Origin: Alistipes sp.
Lineage (GTDB): Bacteria; Bacteroidota; Bacteroidia; Bacteroidales; Rikenellaceae
NCBI GenBank assembly: GCA_020026435.1
Contig: JAHHQK010000002.1
Location: forward strand, 55,518 to 119,517
DNA: 64,000 nucleotides
Direction of reading: 5' to 3'
Shown: one piece after another, positions 1-11,800 of the stretch
How the letters are laid out: every line of letters starts with the position of its first letter
How positions within the stretch are numbered: position 1 is the first letter of the stretch
Position numbers and translations under genes: made by a program
Notes under the pieces: generated by a model
What the model was told of the DNA's origin: nothing
Database searches by the model: none
The model's input: only the letters and a program-made list of their open reading frames with translations

Positions 1-1
1 C

Positions 2-589
2 CTCTTCGCCCTGATCGTCGGCGGGGAGGGCTTCTTCACGCCTGCCGTATTCGGCAACACGCTGTCGATCTGGACCGTAAGTCTGGCCATCCTTACCGCA
101 CTCATCCTCGTCATCCTGTTGATCTACGTACTGATGTGCCTGATCGCCTCGCGCAAACCCGGCAGCAAGACCGTGATGGCGATCTTCCTGCTGTGGCTGG
201 CCTCGATCTGCGCCGTGTCGATCATGGCCATCCGCGAGAACGCCGGTGCCAAGTTCCAGGCAAAACACCGAAAGATCGAACAGGTGTTCCAAAGCAAAAT
301 CATCATCGACGGCGACACCACCACCCTCGAGCGCCTGCTGGAAGATTACGACGGCGAAAGCGTGATCGAGGAGGGGCAGAAGACGCTGCACATCTCCATG
401 CCCTCGAAATCACTCAACATCACCGTCGACAAGAACCAGGGCGCACTTCAGGTCAACGCCAACGGCCGCAAGGTCTCGATCAAAGCCTCCGAGAGCGGCG
501 ACGCGGCCCCGGCGGAGACGCCCGAACAGGAGGCCGACGACAGCAAAAGCCGAGAAACGCCCCGCGGCAGTGCCGCCCAATCCCGGTAG
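2..589 (+). CDS. Membrane protein, 5'-truncated (possibly the C-terminus of a PspC-domain protein)
   Basis: Frame is open from base 2 to TAG at 587-589; several hydrophobic segments, then a soluble acidic tail. Confidence 0.6.
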   Translation, partial: LFALIVGGEGFFTPAVFGNTLSIWTVSLAILTALILVILLIYVLMCLIASRKPGSKTVMAIFLLWLASICAVSIMAIRENAGAKFQAKHRKIEQVFQSKIIIDGDTTTLERLLEDYDGESVIEEGQKTLHISMPSKSLNITVDKNQGALQVNANGRKVSIKASESGDAAPAETPEQEADDSKSRETPRGSAAQSR

Positions 590-693
590 GCAAATCCGGA
601 AACCGGCTGCGGCAAAATAAAAAAGTTCCCCGAAATACGGGCGGCATCCATTTTTGGGCCGCCCGTATTCTTGAATTTTTTAAACTATTTTCG

Positions 694-701
694 TACCTTT
701 G
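694..701 (+). promoter_or_regulatory. Bacteroidota sigma70 -7 element (TACCTTTG) for pfkA
   Basis: Matches TAnnTTTG, 28 nt upstream of the ATG at 730. Confidence 0.65.
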
Positions 702-729
702 GACGGTTTAGTTTTTAACAAATGAGAGT

Positions 730-1710
730 ATGAGCGGAATCAAGAGCATAGGCATTCTGACATCGGGCGGCGACGCGCCGGGCATGAATGCCGCAATCCG
801 CGCGGTAACGCGCAGCGCCATCTACAACGGATTTACCGTAAAAGGAATCATGCGCGGATTCAAGGGTCTGGTATTGAACGAGATCGTTGAATTCAAATCG
901 CAGAGCGTGAGCAACATCATCCAGCTGGGAGGCACGATCCTGAAAACCGCCCGCAGCGAGGAGTTCAAAACCGCCGAAGGCCGCAAAACGGCCTACGACA
1001 ACATGGTGGCCGCGGGTATCGACGCGCTGGTGGTGATCGGCGGCGACGGATCGCTGACCGGCGCGGGAATTTTCGCCGATGAGTACAACGTTCCGATCGT
1101 GGGCCTTCCCGGAACGATCGACAACGACCTCGGGGGCACGGACTCGACGATCGGCTACGACACGGCGCTGAATACGATCATGGAGTCGGTCGACAAACTG
1201 CGCGACACGGCCTCGAGCCACGAACGTCTCTTTTTCGTCGAGGTAATGGGCCACACGGCGGGTTACCTGGCACTCAACAGCGCCATCGCGACGGGTTCCG
1301 AGGCGGCAATCATCCCCGAGATGGAGACCGAAGTCGACCAGCTGGCGGAACTGATCAACCACGGATTCCGCAAGAGCAAGAACTCGGCGATCGTGATCGT
1401 CGCGGAGAACCCCAAGACGGGCGGCGCCACGGCCCTGGCCGAACGTGTGAAGAAGGAGTTCCCGCAGTACGATGCACGGGTGACGATCCTGGGCCACATC
1501 CAGCGCGGCGGCTCGCCGACGGCCGTGGACCGCATCCTCGCCTCGCGCATGGGCGAAGCGGCCATCGAGGCAATCCTCGACGGACAGCGCAACGTGATGA
1601 TCGGCACGATGAACGGCAAGATCGTCTACGTGCCCTTCGCCAAGGCCATCAAACACGACAAAGGCATCGACCGCGGAGCCCTGGAGCTGGTGAAAATCCT
1701 GTCGATCTAA
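730..1710 (+). CDS. pfkA: ATP-dependent 6-phosphofructokinase
   Basis: [31 protein letters not shown] and LGHIQRGG motifs; 326 aa. Confidence 0.97.
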   Translation: MSGIKSIGILTSGGDAPGMNAAIRAVTRSAIYNGFTVKGIMRGFKGLVLNEIVEFKSQSVSNIIQLGGTILKTARSEEFKTAEGRKTAYDNMVAAGIDALVVIGGDGSLTGAGIFADEYNVPIVGLPGTIDNDLGGTDSTIGYDTALNTIMESVDKLRDTASSHERLFFVEVMGHTAGYLALNSAIATGSEAAIIPEMETEVDQLAELINHGFRKSKNSAIVIVAENPKTGGATALAERVKKEFPQYDARVTILGHIQRGGSPTAVDRILASRMGEAAIEAILDGQRNVMIGTMNGKIVYVPFAKAIKHDKGIDRGALELVKILSI

Positions 1711-1776
1711 ACAGTTCCACCCTGCCGCCGAACGGCGCCAAACAACCGAAATCAACAAAAACCCGAACATAAGCGA

Positions 1777-2778
1777 ATGAAACGCGTACTTGGCATCGGC
1801 AATGCCCTGACCGACATGCTGGTCAACCTGAAAACCGACTCCGTGCTGGGAAGGTTCAAATTAGCCAAAGGCTCCATGAGTCTCGTGGATACCCGGCTCC
1901 AGACCGAAATTTCGAAATCGGTGGCCGGACTCCCCTATTCCCTCTCACTCGGAGGATCGGCCGGCAACACCATCCGCGCCATGGCGCAGCTGGGCTGCAG
2001 CGTCGGCTTCATCGGCAAGGTAGGCCCCGACACCACGGGCGACTTCTTCATCCAGGCGCTGGACAACCTCGGCATCACTCCGATCATTTTCCGGGGCCGG
2101 GAGCGTTCGGGCAAATGCGTGTCGCTGATCTCCGCCGACGGCGAGCGCACGATGGTCACCCACCTCGGCGCGGCGCTCGAACTCGCGTCCGAAGAGATCG
2201 AACCCTCGATTTTCGAGGGCTACGACTGCCTCTACGTCGAAGGCTACCTGGTGCAGAACCACGACCTGATTCTCAAGGCTGCCCGCACGGCCAAGGAGTG
2301 CGGGCTGAAGGTGGCCATAGACCTGGCCAGCTTCAACATCGTGGCCGAAAACCTCGAATTCCTGCGCAACCTGGTGCGCGAGCATGTCGACATCGTCTTC
2401 GCCAATGAGGACGAGGCCAAGACCTTCACCTGCGAGGCCGAGCCGCTGAATGCCCTTCAGGCCATTTCGCAGATGTGCGGACTCGCCGTCGTGAAGATCG
2501 GCACGAAGGGCGCGCTGATCAAGCAGGGCGAAGAGGTCGTTCACGTGGGCATCATGGCCGCGGCCAAGCGCGTGGATACCACGGGAGCGGGCGACTTCTA
2601 TGCGGCCGGATTCCTGGCGGGACTTTGCGACGGGCTTTCGCTGCGCCAGTGCGGCACGATCGGCGCCATCACGGCCGGCAAGGTGATCGAAGTCGTCGGC
2701 ACAACCTTCGGCGAGGAGGCCTGGGACGAGATCCACCAGTTGGTGAACAAAGTCAAAAACGAAAAATATCTGTTTTAG
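1777..2778 (+). CDS. PfkB-family carbohydrate/adenosine kinase
   Basis: GGSAGN, DGERTM, ANEDEA and DTTGAGD motifs. Confidence 0.9.
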   Translation: MKRVLGIGNALTDMLVNLKTDSVLGRFKLAKGSMSLVDTRLQTEISKSVAGLPYSLSLGGSAGNTIRAMAQLGCSVGFIGKVGPDTTGDFFIQALDNLGITPIIFRGRERSGKCVSLISADGERTMVTHLGAALELASEEIEPSIFEGYDCLYVEGYLVQNHDLILKAARTAKECGLKVAIDLASFNIVAENLEFLRNLVREHVDIVFANEDEAKTFTCEAEPLNALQAISQMCGLAVVKIGTKGALIKQGEEVVHVGIMAAAKRVDTTGAGDFYAAGFLAGLCDGLSLRQCGTIGAITAGKVIEVVGTTFGEEAWDEIHQLVNKVKNEKYLF

Positions 2779-2814
2779 AAACAAGGGGTTGGACGATCGT
2801 CCAGCCCCTTGTTT
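2779..2814. terminator. Inverted repeat, probable bidirectional terminator
   Basis: AAACAAGGGGTTGGACG-AT-CGTCCAGCCCCTTGTTT between convergent genes. Confidence 0.75.
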
Positions 2815-2904
2815 GTAAAATATCGGTCCCGCATTCGGAGCATGCGCTGCCGGTCCTCGCCCCACGGACGCCTGCCGCATCCGCAATTCCGCCCCGCTGC
2901 CGGT

Positions 2905-3804
2905 TCAACGCTTGATCTTCGAGAAGAGCCCCCGGCTGATTTCCAGACGCATGCGCAGCAGCCACCGCGATTTGCGGGGCGGCATCGTACAGCACAACAG
3001 GAGTGTCGCCACCCATTTGGCGATCTCCAGCACGAAGGTCTTCGGCAGCCGGCGGTGGATTTCGGCCCGCAGCCGCTGGCTCACCCCGACGTTGTAACTC
3101 AGCCGCCGGAAATAGGCCCCGGTGAGCTTCGACGGCGGAATGATGTGCCACATCACCGCCCCCGGCACGTACCAGATCGTCTCGCCGCCGAGCAGGAGCC
3201 GTTCGAAAAAGTCGTTCTCCTCGCCACCGATCAACTCGCCGTTCACCCGCCCCAGCGTCGGGTCGAAACCGCCGTAACCATCCAGTCCCGCACGCCGGAA
3301 GGCCATATTCCCGCCCCCCGGAACGCGTCCCGACGGAAACGGGCGCACCCGCTCTCCGAAATCCATCGGATTGGCAATCGGCATTTCGACATATTTCGAC
3401 ATCCACGCCGGACGCCCCGCGGGGTATTCGGCGACGATGCGTCCTCCGGCCACAACGGCTCCGGGACGGGATTCGAAGAGGTCGAGATAGGCGCGCAGAA
3501 ATCCCGCGTTGACCCGTTCGTCGTCGTCGATGAAGGCCACCAGCGGCGCCTGCGCCTCCCGCAATCCGCAGTTGCGCGCATACGACACCCCCGGACCCTG
3601 CTCCGCGACGAGGCGCAGGCTGCAGTCGGGATGCGCCGCGGCAAAGGCGGCGAAACGCGCTTCGGTGTCGTCCGTCGAATTGTTGTTCACCACCACACAC
3701 TCCCACTCGTCGTGCGGAAGGTCCTGACACACGACGGATTCGAGCGCCGCAACGAGTTGTGCAGCACGGTTGTGCGTGGGAATAACGAGCGAGATTCGAA
3801 TCAT
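2905..3804 (-). CDS. Glycosyltransferase family 2
   Basis: SLVIPTHNR, VNNNSTD, ARNCG, FIDDD and GGEEND motifs. Confidence 0.92.
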   Translation of the reverse strand: MIRISLVIPTHNRAAQLVAALESVVCQDLPHDEWECVVVNNNSTDDTEARFAAFAAAHPDCSLRLVAEQGPGVSYARNCGLREAQAPLVAFIDDDERVNAGFLRAYLDLFESRPGAVVAGGRIVAEYPAGRPAWMSKYVEMPIANPMDFGERVRPFPSGRVPGGGNMAFRRAGLDGYGGFDPTLGRVNGELIGGEENDFFERLLLGGETIWYVPGAVMWHIIPPSKLTGAYFRRLSYNVGVSQRLRAEIHRRLPKTFVLEIAKWVATLLLCCTMPPRKSRWLLRMRLEISRGLFSKIKR

Positions 3805-3838
3805 CGTGCGAATGTAGCAATTTATCCGTAAAAAACTG

Positions 3839-3846
3839 TATATTTG
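3839..3846 (+). promoter_or_regulatory. -7 element (TATATTTG) for dsbD
   Basis: TAnnTTTG consensus upstream of the ATG at 3873. Confidence 0.6.
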
Positions 3847-3872
3847 TCCGAAATATAAAACGCGATACGACT

Positions 3873-5912
3873 ATGTACAAACTGATTCGTAGCCTCCTGC
3901 CGGCTCTTGCGGCAATAATCGCCACGACCGTCTCGGCGCAGAGCGTCAGCTGGAAAAGCTCGGTGCAGCACCTCGACGGCCAGAACTACCGGATCGTACT
4001 GGAAGCCTCCATCCCGGCTCCCTGGCACATGTACGACATGGGCCCCTATGAAGACGGCCCCAATGCCACGACAATCACCTTCACTCCGGGCGAAGGCGCC
4101 CAACTCGAAGGAGACGTCGAGCAGCTGACCCGCCCCGAACGCCACTACGACAAAACGTTCGAAATGGAGATCGGAACCTTCGCCCAAAAGGCGCAGTTCG
4201 CCCAGAATGTAAAACTCACGGCTCCGCAGGCCACCGTCCGGGCGGAACTCGCATGGATGATCTGCAACGATACGAGCTGTCTGCCGCCCGACGACACGGA
4301 ACTGACGATCACCCTGCCCGCAGGTGCGACACCCGCCGTACAGTCGGCGGAAACTCCGGACAAGGCGGGTGCCGCAGCCCCGGGAACCGTCCCTGCGGCC
4401 GAAATCGTCCCCACACAGAAGCAGGCCGCGGGCGGCTCGCTCTGGGGGCTGATCATCGAGGCCATTCTGTGGGGCTTCGCCGCCCTGCTGACCCCCTGCG
4501 TCTTCCCGATGGTCCCGATGACGGTCTCGTTCTTCATGAAAGGCTCCGGAAGCCCCGCACTGGGCCGCATCCGCGCCGGCATGTACGGATTCTTCATCGT
4601 GGCCCTCTACACCCTGCCCATCGCGGCGATCATCCTGATCACCCGCATCGTGGGCGGCGATGCCGTGACGGCCGACATCTTCAACTGGCTAGCCACGCAC
4701 TGGCTCCCGAACATCCTCTTCTTCCTGGTCTTCATGGTCTTCGCCGCATCGTTCTTCGGAGCGTTCGAGATCACGATGCCCTCGTGGATGGTCAATAAAA
4801 CCGACTCGAAGGCCGACTCCAAAGGCTTTGCCGGCATCTTCTTCATGGCCCTGACCCTCGTTTTGGTGTCGTTCTCGTGCACCGGACCCATCGTCGGCTC
4901 GGTGCTGATCAAATCCACCGCCGGGGAGTTCTGGAGCCCCATCGTGACGATGCTGGCCTTCTCCATCGCCTTCGCGCTGCCGTTCACCCTCTTCGCCTTC
5001 TTCCCCTCGATGCTCAAGAAGCTGCCCAAAAGCGGCGGATGGCTCAATTCGGTGAAGGTCGTGCTGGGATTCATCGAAGTGGCACTGGGCATGAAGTTCC
5101 TCTCGGTCGCCGACCAGACCTACCACTGGGGAATACTCGACCGGGAGATCTACCTCGCCGTGTGGATCGTGACCTTCTCGCTGCTGGGCCTCTACCTGCT
5201 GGGCAAAATCAAGTTCGCCCACGACAGCGACATGCCCTACCTCGGCGTAGGACGCCTGGCGATGGCCATCGTGACGTTCTCGTTCGTCGTCTACCTCGTC
5301 CCCGGCATGTGGGGCGCCCCGCTCAAAGGCCTTTCGGGCTACCTGCCTCCCCTGCACACGCAGGACTTCGTACTCGGAAAGGAAGGATCCGGAACAGTCA
5401 CGGCGGGCGACGATGCACGCATGCTGCTGACCGTCGACGGCCGGAAACCCAAGCACAGCGACTTCCTCCACCTGCCGCACAACCTCGAAGGATTCTTCGA
5501 TCTGGAAGAGGCCGAGGCATACGCCGCCAAGGTCGGCAAACCGCTCTTCATCGACTTCACCGGCCACGGATGCGTCAACTGCCGCGAAATGGAGGCCCGC
5601 GTATGGTCCGATCCGCAGGTGCTCGATATCCTGCGCAACGACTACGTGATCGTAGCGCTCTACTCCGACGACAAGAAGGTGCTCCCCGAAAGTGAATGGG
5701 TGACCACCGATACGGGCAAGGTGCTCAAGAGCCTTGGCAAGATCAACTCCTACTACGCGTTGAAGACCTTCGGAGTCAACGCCCAGCCCTACTACGTATT
5801 GCAGGGGCGCGACGGGAAGGAACTGGTTCCGCCCCGCGGCTACGACCTCGACGTACAGGGATTCGTCGACTTCCTCCGCCGCGGTGTCGAAGCCTTCGAC
5901 AAACAGAAATAG
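3873..5912 (+). CDS. dsbD: Thiol:disulfide interchange protein, DsbD/CcdA family
   Basis: N-domain CNDTSC, membrane TPCVFPM and SCTGP, C-terminal thioredoxin DFTGHGCVNCR. Confidence 0.92.
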   Translation: MYKLIRSLLPALAAIIATTVSAQSVSWKSSVQHLDGQNYRIVLEASIPAPWHMYDMGPYEDGPNATTITFTPGEGAQLEGDVEQLTRPERHYDKTFEMEIGTFAQKAQFAQNVKLTAPQATVRAELAWMICNDTSCLPPDDTELTITLPAGATPAVQSAETPDKAGAAAPGTVPAAEIVPTQKQAAGGSLWGLIIEAILWGFAALLTPCVFPMVPMTVSFFMKGSGSPALGRIRAGMYGFFIVALYTLPIAAIILITRIVGGDAVTADIFNWLATHWLPNILFFLVFMVFAASFFGAFEITMPSWMVNKTDSKADSKGFAGIFFMALTLVLVSFSCTGPIVGSVLIKSTAGEFWSPIVTMLAFSIAFALPFTLFAFFPSMLKKLPKSGGWLNSVKVVLGFIEVALGMKFLSVADQTYHWGILDREIYLAVWIVTFSLLGLYLLGKIKFAHDSDMPYLGVGRLAMAIVTFSFVVYLVPGMWGAPLKGLSGYLPPLHTQDFVLGKEGSGTVTAGDDARMLLTVDGRKPKHSDFLHLPHNLEGFFDLEEAEAYAAKVGKPLFIDFTGHGCVNCREMEARVWSDPQVLDILRNDYVIVALYSDDKKVLPESEWVTTDTGKVLKSLGKINSYYALKTFGVNAQPYYVLQGRDGKELVPPRGYDLDVQGFVDFLRRGVEAFDKQK

Positions 5913-5947
5913 GGAGCCACCAAACAGCGCCGGGGATTCCCGACCCG

Positions 5948-5984
5948 AAAAAAGCCTGCACCCCTTTCGGGTGCAGGCTTTTTT
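5948..5984. terminator. Bidirectional intrinsic terminator
   Basis: AAAAAAGCCTGCACCC-CTTTC-GGGTGCAGGCTTTTTT. Confidence 0.85.
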
Positions 5985-6119
5985 CGCATTCCGGACAAGG
6001 ATTGCCGGCCGGCTTCCGGGGCAATCGTCATGCGGGCACCCCACCTACGGCCAGGCCTCCAAGCCCGGGATTCGGAATCGGAATCCCCGCAGGATCCGAA
6101 CAGCCCACACGGCTCTCTC

Positions 6120-8156
6120 CTACAAGTCAATGCGCCTGCACGATGCCGCCGCAACTTCAAAAGGCTTCTCCACACCGGGCAACGAGACCCGATGCCGGAC
6201 ATCGTCCATATTGACCACCAGGTAGACCCGCGAACCGTCGGGCTTGCGCCACTCGGCCGCCAGCACCCGGGTATCCCGGCCGAAACCCGGAATCTCCACC
6301 TCGGGATTGTCACCCGAAGGCGTCAGCTCTCGGAGGAAAAGCCCTCCGTAGACCACATCGTGCACCCCGCGGCGGAACTGCATGAGATTTCTCATGAAAC
6401 GAGCCTCGCGCTCCACCCTCTTGTCCATCAGTAGAACGGGATCGACCCATCCGATCTGGCCCCCCCACAACAACGCCTTGGCCAGTTCATAGCGGAAATC
6501 CCCCGCCCCCATCTTTTCGACCCGGGTCGGCGTATAGGTAAAGGCACTCGTTACGGCCCGGTCGGAGTAGACCATCGGGAAAACCGGCCGGATCACACAC
6601 CGCTCCGCTTCATGGGGCGTATTGACCACCAGCAACATGTCGAACAGGTCGATATAACACTCCGCATTCTCCTCGCTGGTCAGGATCCGCCCCTCCGACA
6701 GGTGGCCGGTACGGATCTTCCCGATCAGACGGCGGTAACCGTCATACCAGAAATCGCCTCCGCCCAGCGGATGGCCGTGTCGGGGATTCCAGCAGGGTTC
6801 GGGCGCGGCGGCGGCAATCTGATCGACGTAAATGCCGTCGACACCAATGCCCTGTTGCAGGCTGTCGATCAGTCCGATAATCTTCCGATGCCAGATGTCG
6901 GTCGAAGGACAGGTCACCGTATTGAGCACCCTGGAGGTAGGATAGATCTCGGTATAAAGCGAACCATCGGGCTTGCGGCACGAAGCCTCGAAACCCCGGT
7001 CCCGGCGATAGCTCCCGGCCGCAGGATCCCACAGGCGGCCGTTGATATAGGGCGTAACCCGTGCCCCGGCCTGCTGTGCCTGATGCACCATCCCCGCAAA
7101 CCGGCTCTGAGCAGGCAGGTAGTCGGGATAATGCGTGTCGTAGGGATGGTTGTGCCAGAAGTACCAGTGCACGCCCAGCCCCGGGCCGAAAAATTCGGCG
7201 GCACGCAGCACGGCATCGAGCGTCGCATCGGTAACATGCCGGGCCCGCACCCACGCATCGGCATCATAGCACCACTGCGGAATGGTGCGCACAGCCAGCG
7301 GCTTGGAGCCCCACTCGGTCGTGAAGGTAAACGGGCGATACCATCTCACCACGGCATCCTCCCACCCCCTGGGGTTGAAGCCCGTAAGCGAACGCCACGG
7401 CAGACGGAACGTACCCCGACTGATCCATCCGGCCGACGCGGGAATGGCATTGCTGAAGGTCACCGTCGAAGGCGAACATTCGGCCGAGTAGGTCTTGCCG
7501 CAACCGCGGCGGTCCTCCGTACCGTAGTAGAAGGCTCCCTCGGGATTGTGCACCAGGATAAACTGCATGGAGGAGGCGTGCGACGGATAGCGCGCCTGGA
7601 AGGTCCCGATCTCCAGCTTGCGCTCGACACCCCATCCCTCGGTGGTGATGACCCGTGCCCCGGCGGGACGCCCGACCACCAGGCGCGGAAACTTCAGATC
7701 GGTAACCAGCCATTTTTCGGGCAGATCGGCTTCCAGATCCCACGCCAACAACTCGCCCTCATCGGGCAGGGTGACGGACATGCGCACAGGATACTTCGCC
7801 GAAGAGTAATCGAGCGTCAGCTCCCAGGTAAACACCAGTGTCTTGGCCCCGGGCTCCTCGCGCACCTGCACCCCCTTGTAGACGGCATGCTCGGGCTTGA
7901 GTTCGGGGTTCTCGCCCTGCACTCCTTTATATATAAGGATCCAGGGGGTCCTGTTCATTCCTTCATGCACGACCGACTTGCCCCCCAAGACCAATTTGCG
8001 GATATCGAAGAAGTCCTTACCGCTGAATACCGCCTCAACCGCAGCATTCGAAAGCGTATACAGCCCGTCGGCCGACGTTACAACCGTCTTTTCCGCCGCG
8101 AACACTCCGGCAGGCAGCAGAAAAAGGGCCACGAAAACAGTTAGTCTCTCAATCAT
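6120..8156 (-). CDS. Secreted putative glycoside hydrolase-like protein (DUF6259-like)
   Basis: Signal peptide from ATG 8156; HWYFWH, YDTHYPDY, PYINGRLWD, DGIYVDQI and SEENAE resemble a TIM-barrel glycosidase; divergent from susC. Confidence 0.65.
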   Translation of the reverse strand: MIERLTVFVALFLLPAGVFAAEKTVVTSADGLYTLSNAAVEAVFSGKDFFDIRKLVLGGKSVVHEGMNRTPWILIYKGVQGENPELKPEHAVYKGVQVREEPGAKTLVFTWELTLDYSSAKYPVRMSVTLPDEGELLAWDLEADLPEKWLVTDLKFPRLVVGRPAGARVITTEGWGVERKLEIGTFQARYPSHASSMQFILVHNPEGAFYYGTEDRRGCGKTYSAECSPSTVTFSNAIPASAGWISRGTFRLPWRSLTGFNPRGWEDAVVRWYRPFTFTTEWGSKPLAVRTIPQWCYDADAWVRARHVTDATLDAVLRAAEFFGPGLGVHWYFWHNHPYDTHYPDYLPAQSRFAGMVHQAQQAGARVTPYINGRLWDPAAGSYRRDRGFEASCRKPDGSLYTEIYPTSRVLNTVTCPSTDIWHRKIIGLIDSLQQGIGVDGIYVDQIAAAAPEPCWNPRHGHPLGGGDFWYDGYRRLIGKIRTGHLSEGRILTSEENAECYIDLFDMLLVVNTPHEAERCVIRPVFPMVYSDRAVTSAFTYTPTRVEKMGAGDFRYELAKALLWGGQIGWVDPVLLMDKRVEREARFMRNLMQFRRGVHDVVYGGLFLRELTPSGDNPEVEIPGFGRDTRVLAAEWRKPDGSRVYLVVNMDDVRHRVSLPGVEKPFEVAAASCRRIDL

Positions 8157-8822
8157 AATCCATGCTGTAAGTTTATCATACGATCCGACCGCCATGCAAC
8201 AACCCAGGGAAGCCGCTCCGCCACCGGATCCTTGCGGGCAACGGGCGGAGGCGAGGATAAAAGTAACAAAAATATTTTACATATTAATTCTTTATGAATA
8301 TATATTTTTAACAAACGAATCCAATCTACTCCAAAATATTCAAATAAAATCTTTGCCGACCGGCAGCCGCACCACAACAGGCGATTCACCCCAATCATTT
8401 CACTAAAAGGGGAATCAAGACCCGACTCAGCCCCATTCGGGAGTAATAACTTCAAGCCGAAAGCATCAGCCACAAAGATTCGAAAGAGAATAATCGTAAA
8501 AATAATTACGAAAAATAGTATTAATAATAATTTTATCGCTACATTTATCACCGATATAGGGAATGGTTTCGTCCCGAAAGCCGACAAAAGGGGATCCGAG
8601 GAGGCCCAGGACCGGGATCACAACCTAAAAATGCACATTTACTCCTAAAAGATGGCTTATGAAAAAATCGACCTCAACCCCCTGAATCCGTCCGATCCGG
8701 CCCCTTGCACCGATGCGGCCCGGAATCCCAAGCAAAAAAACCCAACGCGTATGAAAAAACCGGGCCCCGACCAAGGGCTATTCATACCCACTACCACCTA
8801 ATCTAAATGAAGCAAAACTACA

Positions 8823-11800
8823 ATGACGAAACAAAAACTCTTTCAAGTAATGCTCCGGTCATTCGTATGGATCATGGGGCTTATAGCTGTTACGGAGTTG
8901 CGTGCAAATCCCGAAATCGAATACTCCGCCAACGATTCCGGGTCGGTCTCCGCGATTCAGGAGCCAAAAGGAGCGTTCCAGTTGACGGGACGCGTCCTCG
9001 ATGAGACCAAGGCCGGAATCCCGGGCGCAACCGTGGTCGTCAAGGGCAGCACCCGAGGCGTCATCACCGGCAACGACGGCAGTTTCACGATCGAGGTCGC
9101 CCCGACCGATGTGATCGAAATCTCCTACCTGGGTTATGAAACCCAGTCCGTCCCGGTCGGAACCAAGACCGGCATGGTCGTCGAACTGGCCCGCAAGACC
9201 TCGGAACTGGAGGCCGTAACGGTCGTAGCCTACGGCAAGCAGCGCAAGGAGAGCATCATCGGAGCCATCAACACCATCGACACCAAAGAGCTGAAGATGT
9301 CCACGGGACAGCTCTCCTCGGGACTGGCCGGCAAACTGGCCGGTATGGTCGTAATGCAGCGTACGGGCGAGCCGGGAGCCGGTGCCGACTTCTGGATCCG
9401 CGGCGTCAACACCTTCGGCGCCAACAACAGGCCGCTGGTACTGGTCGACGGCATCGAGCGCGAAATGGACCTGGTCGATGTCGACGATATCGCCACCTTC
9501 TCGATCCTCAAGGATGCGACGGCAACGGCCGTGTATGGCGTGCGCGGAGCCAACGGCATTGTCCTGATCACCACCAAACGAGGCGCCGAATCAACCCCCA
9601 AGATCAATGTCAAGGCCGAATTCGGCATGACCCAGCCGGTCAAGATCCCCGAAATGGCCAACACCCGCCAGTGGCTCGACTACTTCGACGAACTCTATCG
9701 TGATGCCGGCGCCGAGTCGCCCATCTCGCCCGAGGCCCGCGAAAAGTATCTCAACGGCAGCGATCCCGACTTCTATCCTTCGGTCGACTGGACCAAGACC
9801 ATCTTCAAGGACCTGGCCATGACCGGGCGCATCAACGTCAGCGCCACGGGCGGCGGCAAGTCCGTCCGCTACTACATCGGCGGATCGTACTACACCGAGG
9901 GCGGCATATTCAACATGGCCGACAACAGCCGCTACGACGCCCAGATGAACTTCAACAAGTTCAACTTCCGCTCCAACGTCGACATCAACATCACCAAATC
10001 GACCGAGCTGGGACTCTCGATCTCCACACAGTATACCATGAAGAATACGCCCGGCACAAGCCTCAACGACCTCTACAACTACACGCTCTACGTAACCCCG
10101 ATCGCCACGCCGACCGTCTACTCCGACGGCACGCTGGCCAGTCCGCCCGAAAGCGGCAGCTACAACCCCTACAACATGCTGAACCATACGGGTTACAACC
10201 GCACGAACAGAATCGTGGCCCAGTCGCTCATGTCGCTGACCCAGGACTTCTCCGACATCATCACCCCGGGCCTGAAGGCCAACGTGAAATTCTCGTGGGA
10301 CGCCGACAACAGCACCGTGCTGAATCGCAACCTCGTCCGCTCGACCTACGCCGCGCTGGACCGCGACGAAAACGGCAAGATCAACTACCAAGCCGTCAAC
10401 GAAGGTACCAACTACATGACCTTGAACCGCTCCAATGCCGGCTGGACCACCATCAACTTCGAGGCTTCGGTCAACTACGAGCGCATCTTCGCCGACAACC
10501 ACCGCGTAGGGGCCATGTTCCTTTACAGCCTCCGCAGCAGGAGCAACAACGTCCCCGGCAACTACATCCTCGCCTACCCCTACCGCAACATGGGTATTGC
10601 CGGACGTTTCACCTATGCGTTCCGCGACAAGTATTTCGCCGAATTCAACTTCGGATACAACGGCTCGGAGAACTTCGCCCCGGGCAAACGCTATGGATTC
10701 TTCCCCGCATATGCCGTCGGTTACATGATCAGTAACGAAAAGTTCTGGGAGCCGCTGCGCGACAAGATCAACATCCTGAAGATACGCGCCTCCTACGGCA
10801 AGATCGGCAACGACCAGATCGGCGGCAACCGCCGTTTTGCCTACAACACCACGATGAACACCTACGCCCCGGGGTTCAACTTCGGGAAAAACTGGAACGA
10901 TCCCTCGGACACGGGTGGCCACCCCAACAACGGCATCACCACGGGTGATTACGGCAATCCCAACGTATCGTGGGAAGAGGCCACCAAAGCCGACGCGGGT
11001 ATCGAGCTGGGGCTGTTCCACAAACTGAAGATCCAGGCCGACTACTTCTACGAGGAGCGCGAAGGCATCTTCATCCAGCGCGAATCGACCCCGTCGATCG
11101 TAGGCACCAAGGTCGCGCAATACGTCAACCTGGGCCGCATGAAGAATCAGGGTTTCGACGTGTCGCTGGAATTCGACCACCACTTCAACAAGGATCTCTA
11201 CCTGTCGTTGCGCGGCAACTTCACCTACAACCGCAACAAGAAACTCTACGACGACAAACCCGATCAGATCTGGAAATACCAGAATCAGGCCGGCTTCGCC
11301 TTCAACCAGCAATTCGGCCTGATAGCCGAGGGGCTGTTCGAATCGGAGGAGGATATCGCCAACTGGCCCAAGCAGGACTTCGGCAACGTACGCCCGGGCG
11401 ATATCAAATACCGCGATATCAACGGCGACGGTCTGGTGAACACGTATGACAAAGTGGCCATCGGCTACACCACCGTCCCGGAAATCAACTACGGATTCGG
11501 CTTCAGCCTCGGATGGAAGGGCTTCGACCTCTCGGCCTTCTTCGCCGGGGTTGGCCATGTAACCCGCCTGATCAGCGGACAGTGCCTCTTCGGGGCATCG
11601 TCGAACATCATGCGCATGGGGCAGATCTATGCCGACATCGCCGAGAAGCGCTGGACGCTGGAGAATCAGAATCCGCATGCCCCCTATCCGCGTCTGTCGC
11701 TCAACAAGGTGGAGAACAACCAGCAGCCCTCGACCTACTGGCAGCACGACATGAGCTTCCTGCGCCTGAAGAATGCCGAGATCGGATACACGCTCCCCAG

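Noticed and set aside
8400..8822. Riboswitch or leader peptide upstream of susC
   Set aside because: Short ATGAAAAAA-type ORFs and weak hairpins are present, but nothing I can assign to a known RNA family
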